A DNA stretch of 64,000 bases from the human T2T-CHM13v2.0 reference genome, Homo sapiens. The position numbers and the translations under genes were made by a program. The first letter of the stretch is position 1. Every line of letters starts with the position of its first letter. A model generated the notes under the pieces. It worked only from the letters and a program-made list of their open reading frames with translations, was not told where the DNA came from and did no database searches. Positions 59,704 through 64,000 of this stretch are shown here, piece by piece. Where the stretch lies: assembly GCF_009914755.1 (NCBI RefSeq), contig NC_060925.1; one strand, written 5' to 3'.

Positions 59704-61876
59704 GGTACTGAAGGAACATATCTCAAAATAATAAAAGCCACCTATGACAAACCCACAGCCAACATCATAGTGAACGGGCAAAAGCTGGAAGAATTCCCCT
59801 TGAAAATTGGCACAAAAAATATGTCCTCACTCACCACTCCTATTCAACATAGTATTGGAAGTCCTGGTCAGGGCAATCAGGCAAGAGAAAGAACTAAAGA
59901 CATCTAAGTGGAAAGAGAGGGAGTCAAACTATTCCTGTTTGCAGATGACATGATCCTATATCTAGAAAACCCCATAGTCTCAGCCCAAGAGCTTCTTAAG
60001 CTGATGAACAACTTCAGCAAAGTCTCAGGATACTAAACCAATGTGCAGAAATCACTAACATTCCCATACACCAACAATAGTCAAGCCGAGAGCCAGATAA
60101 GTAATGCAATCCCATTCACAATTGCCACAAAAAGAACAAATAACTAGAAATACAGCTAACCAGGGAGGTAAAAGATTTCTAGGAGAACTACAAAACACTG
60201 CTCAAAGAAACCAGAGATGACACAAACAAATGGAAATACATTTCATGCTCACAGATAGGAAGAATCAATATCTTAGAAATAGCCATACAGCCCAAAGCAA
60301 TTAATAAATTCAATGCTATTCTTATAAAACTATCATTGAGATTCTTCACAGAAGTAGAAAAAACTATTTTAAAATTCATATGGAACCAAAAAAAAAGACC
60401 CCAAATAGCCAAGGCAATACTAAGGAAAAAGAACAAAGCTAGAGGCATCACCTTAGTGAACTTCAAACTATATTACAGGGCTACAGTAAATAAAACAGCA
60501 TGTACTGGTAGAAGAACAGATACATTGACCAATGGAATAGAATAGGGAATCCATAAATGAGGCCACACACCTACAACTATTTGATCTGACAAAAACAAGC
60601 AATGGGGAAAGGATTCCCTATTCAATAAATGGTGCTGGGATAGCTGGCTAGCCACATGTAGAAGATTGAAACTGCACCCCTTCCTCACACCATATACAAA
60701 AATTAACTCAAGATGAAATATAGACTTAAATGTAAAACCAAAATTTAAAAACCCTGTAAGACAATCTAGGCAATACCATCCAGGGCATAGGAATGGGCAA
60801 AGATTTCATGACGAAGATGCCAAAAGCAATTGCAACAAAAGCAAAATTTGACAAATGGGATCTAATTAAACTGAAGAGCCTCTGCACAGCAAATGAAACT
60901 ATCAGCAGATTAAAAAGACAACCTACAGAATGGGAGGAAATTTTTGCAAACTATGCATCTGACAAAGGTCTAATATCCAGCATCTAGAAGGAACTTAAAC
61001 AAATTTACAAGAAAAAAAAACAACCTCATTAAAAAGTGGGCAAAGGATATGAACGAACACTTTTCAAAAGAAGACATACATGTGGCCAACAAGCATATGA
61101 AGAAAAGTTCAACATCACTGATCATTAGAGAAATGCAAATCAAAATCACAATGAGATACCATCTCACACCAGTCAGAATGGCAATTATTAAAAAGTAAAT
61201 AAAACAACAGATGCTGGTGAGGTTGCAGAGAAAAAGGAATGCTTATTTACTGTTGTTTGGAGTGTAAATTAGTTCAACCATTGTGGAAGACAGTGTGGCA
61301 ATTCCTCAAAGGCCTAAAGACAGAAATACCATTTGGCCCAGCAATCCCATTACTGGGTATATACCCAAAGAAATATAAATCATTCTGTCGTAAAAACACA
61401 TGCGTGCATATGTTCATTGCAGCACTATTCACAATAGCAAAGACAGAATCAATATAAATGCCCATCAGTGATAAATTGGATAAAGAAAATGTGGTACATC
61501 AACACCATAGAATACTATGCAGCCATAAAAAAGAATGAGATAATATCCTTTACAGGAACCTGGATGAAGCTGGAGGTCATTATCCTTCACAAACTAATGC
61601 AGGAATAGAAAACCAAATACCACTTGTTCTCAATTATAACTGGGAGCTAAATGATTAGAACACATGGACACATAGAGGGAAAGAATATATACTGGGGCTC
61701 ACCAGAGAGTGGAGGGTGGGAGGAGGGAGAGGATCAGGAAAAAGAACTAATGGGTACTAGGCTTAATACCTGGGTGACAAAATTATCTGTAAAACAAACC
61801 CCCAGGACACAAATTTACCTATATAACAAATCTGCATATGTACCCCTGAACTTAAATAAAAGTTAACAAACCCCAC
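59704..61876 (+). mobile_element. 5'-truncated older L1PA (about L1PA13-16) ORF2 3' half and 3' UTR
   Basis: YLKIIKATYDKPTANII and [16 protein letters not shown]; 3' UTR ggaggagggagaggatcagg; degenerate TSD around tacatgaa. Confidence 0.88.
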
Positions 61877-61919
61877 AAATCCCTACATGAAAAGACAGGG
61901 CTAATTAGCTAATTGGTAG

Positions 61920-62160
61920 TAATACTATTAGCAGTGTTTACTGAGTGCTTGTATCAGCCAGACACTGGTCTCAGAGCTTGAGATGCTTTAGCTCATTAAG
62001 TTAATTGGCCCATGAGTTGGGTACCATTACTGCCCTCCACCTTACAAACAGTGAACCTGAAGCAGAAAGAGTTTAACCTCAAGGTCACCCTGGTGGACAT
62101 CTTGGATTTTGAATATAGGCTTTATGGTTCCATCTTGTATGCTTTGAAGCATCCCACTGC
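61920..62160 (-). mobile_element. MIR
   Basis: tttactgagtgctt...ccagacactg...cttacaaacagtgaacctgaagcagaaagagtttaa. Confidence 0.7.
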
Positions 62161-62222
62161 CCCTCTCACAGGATAAGGCAGGAATCACCCCCTTTGGTGT
62201 TGTGAGGACACTCAGGCCAGCC

Positions 62223-62440
62223 TGTGTTGCTATAGATAAATACCTGAGGCTTCATGATTTATAAAGAAAATAGGTTTATTTTGTTCTTCAGGCTGTACAT
62301 GAAGCTTGGCACCAGTCTCTGCTTCTTCTGAGGACCTCAGGAAGTTGTAGCAGAAAAGGCAGGGAAGCTGGTGGGCCACATGATGAAGAAGGGAGCAAGA
62401 GAGAGGGGGATGGTCCCAGGCTATTTTGAACAATCAGCTG
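62223..62440 (-). mobile_element. MST-type LTR fragment
   Basis: tgtgttgctata...atacctgagg...atttataaagaaaataggtttatt. Confidence 0.75.
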
Positions 62441-63146
62441 TACATTTTGGGGTGAACTGACTACACAGAAATTTATAGATGATCTTTCTTACTGTGAGAG
62501 TGGTTATGCACAAGGACTCTGTTCCTAGCTGAGCCATCACAGTACTTGCAGAGAGGCCAAACACTGGTACTCAAGGTTGTGTCTTTTTTAATGTCACACA
62601 GTCTCTCGTGTGGGTGAGGACTTAGTTGCCAAAGAGAGAAAAATTTTGTTGAGTCTCTGATTGGCAACTTTACCAATAAGGACACTTGAAAGCATGTTTT
62701 TTAACCCTGTGGTTGAAATGGCCTAGACACACCATGTTTGCCTCTGTCCAGGGATGTGGTCTGTTGAGCAGGTTTCATGTTCTGCTTCACTGCCTTCCAG
62801 TTCTCTATCACCAGCCCATTAGCTTTTGTCAGCTGGAGGATCCACACGGATGCCCACACACTGGGCTTCCCAGATGAGCTGCCTTCAAAGGCTGCTGCTG
62901 CTGCCTTTAGAAATGTATGAGTCCCTTCTGTCATCCTTCCCAAGATGGTGCATGGCAAGGCCCGTGGTTGTTGTGAAAGAAATATGTAGAATGAATGGTT
63001 GGCAAGGCAGCATTCCTTACTCTCTCACCACTTCCAATAAATCACATTCACATGACAGTTTCCACAATGAGAAATGGGAAATCATAGTTTCTCCAGCTTG
63101 CTTTTCTGTCTTAAGGAATGTTAGAGAGACGCTACTTGCAAAATGA

Positions 63147-63438
63147 AGTCGTCTCTTGGTGTCTACAGGGAATTCGTTCCAGGAGGAGGCTCAAGTCCCT
63201 TATGTAAAATGACATGGCATTTACATATAACCTACTCACATCCTTTTGTATACTTTAAATCATCTCTATATGACATAATACCAATACAATGTAAATGCTA
63301 TGTAAATACTTGTTATATTGCATTTTTAATTTGTATTATTTTTTATTGTTATTAAAAAAAATTTTTTTTTTCTAATGTTTTTGACCTATGGTTGTTTGAA
63401 TCCATGGCTGCAGAAACTGAGGATACCGAGGGCTGAGT
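63147..63438. mobile_element. MER2 (TcMar-Tigger MITE)
   Basis: ctcaagtcccttatgtaaaat...tatactttaaatcatctcta...ttgaatccatgg...ggataccgagggc. Confidence 0.85.
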
Positions 63439-64000
63439 ATACTTAGGGTTACCTTAGGAAAATGTGCCTGGGGCACTTTCAACATAAGTGTTTATGATTT
63501 TGGAGGATTTACTTTTACCAGGCAAACTTAAACTGATCCATATCCCAGAGCCAATCAGAAGTTAAAGGAGGCCCAGAGAAAATCATAAGAAGAAAATCAT
63601 AAGAAAAATGTGGGCCCCTTCCTGCCACATAACTCTTCTGCATACTTCTTCTAGGGCCACCGTCAGTGGTGGCTGCCCCCAGAGGTGGGATCCCACCTGT
63701 GGCAGGGTCTTAAATCCCCTGAATCTGACTGCAGCCCCGTCCTGGGTTGCTTCATGGCCTTTGCCATCTTCCTTTCAAGACCTCATCTCACAGCTGGCAT
63801 CAAAGAAAAGGTTTCCTTGCTTTTTTGGCCTTGCAAATGCTTCTCTCCCTGATATAGACACCCCTTCACTTTTCCTCACTGTTTCTAGGTTCTTTAGTCA
63901 TCCCAAAGGGCAAGCCTGCTATGTGTTCAGGTGTAGCTTTGCCAGGGAGGTGCCTTTAGTTTAAGGGTCAAAGGCATAAAGGTCTACAGTAGGAGTTAAT

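Noticed and set aside
63670-63690. Second CTCF-like motif (ctgcccccagagg)
   Set aside because: Four mismatches to the core consensus

Overview
Repeat-dense primate (very probably human) non-coding DNA, intergenic or deep intronic. No protein-coding exon or RNA gene could be supported, and the recognisable ORFs in the track are decayed LINE-1 or Alu translations. It contains about 25 Alu/FLAM copies, one full-length but dead L1PA6-like element (30634-36761, minus strand), many older L1/L2/MIR fragments, several solo LTRs (MER41B-like, THE1, MST, MLT1, MLT2A2, MER4-group) and DNA transposons (Tigger3b, MER2, MER53, MER5). Subfamily names come from my recall of consensus sequences, not from a database run. 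The most unusual signal is a recurrent set of locally templated insertions, where DNA was copied from 0-2.4 kb away without the hallmarks of retrotransposition. (1) A 313/314-bp identical inverted copy of an Alu plus its unique flank (54613-54926 to 56017-56330), with hairpin-stitched junctions. (2) A patchwork insertion at a (TA)n tract (about 45013-45355) built from inverted pieces of its own flank and of neighbouring Alus. (3) A ~230-bp copy of an L1MC/MST junction bracketed by a 15-bp direct repeat (37987-38249). (4) A 43-bp inverted copy of flank inside the MER41 LTR. Several smaller fold-back hairpins also occur. These fit known template-switch or polymerase-theta repair chemistry, so the novelty would lie in the individual events and their density, not in a new gene system. 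Candidate regulatory elements are MER41 GAS/STAT motifs, a CpG-retaining LTR with ETS/GC-box/E2F motifs, and a strong CTCF core motif.
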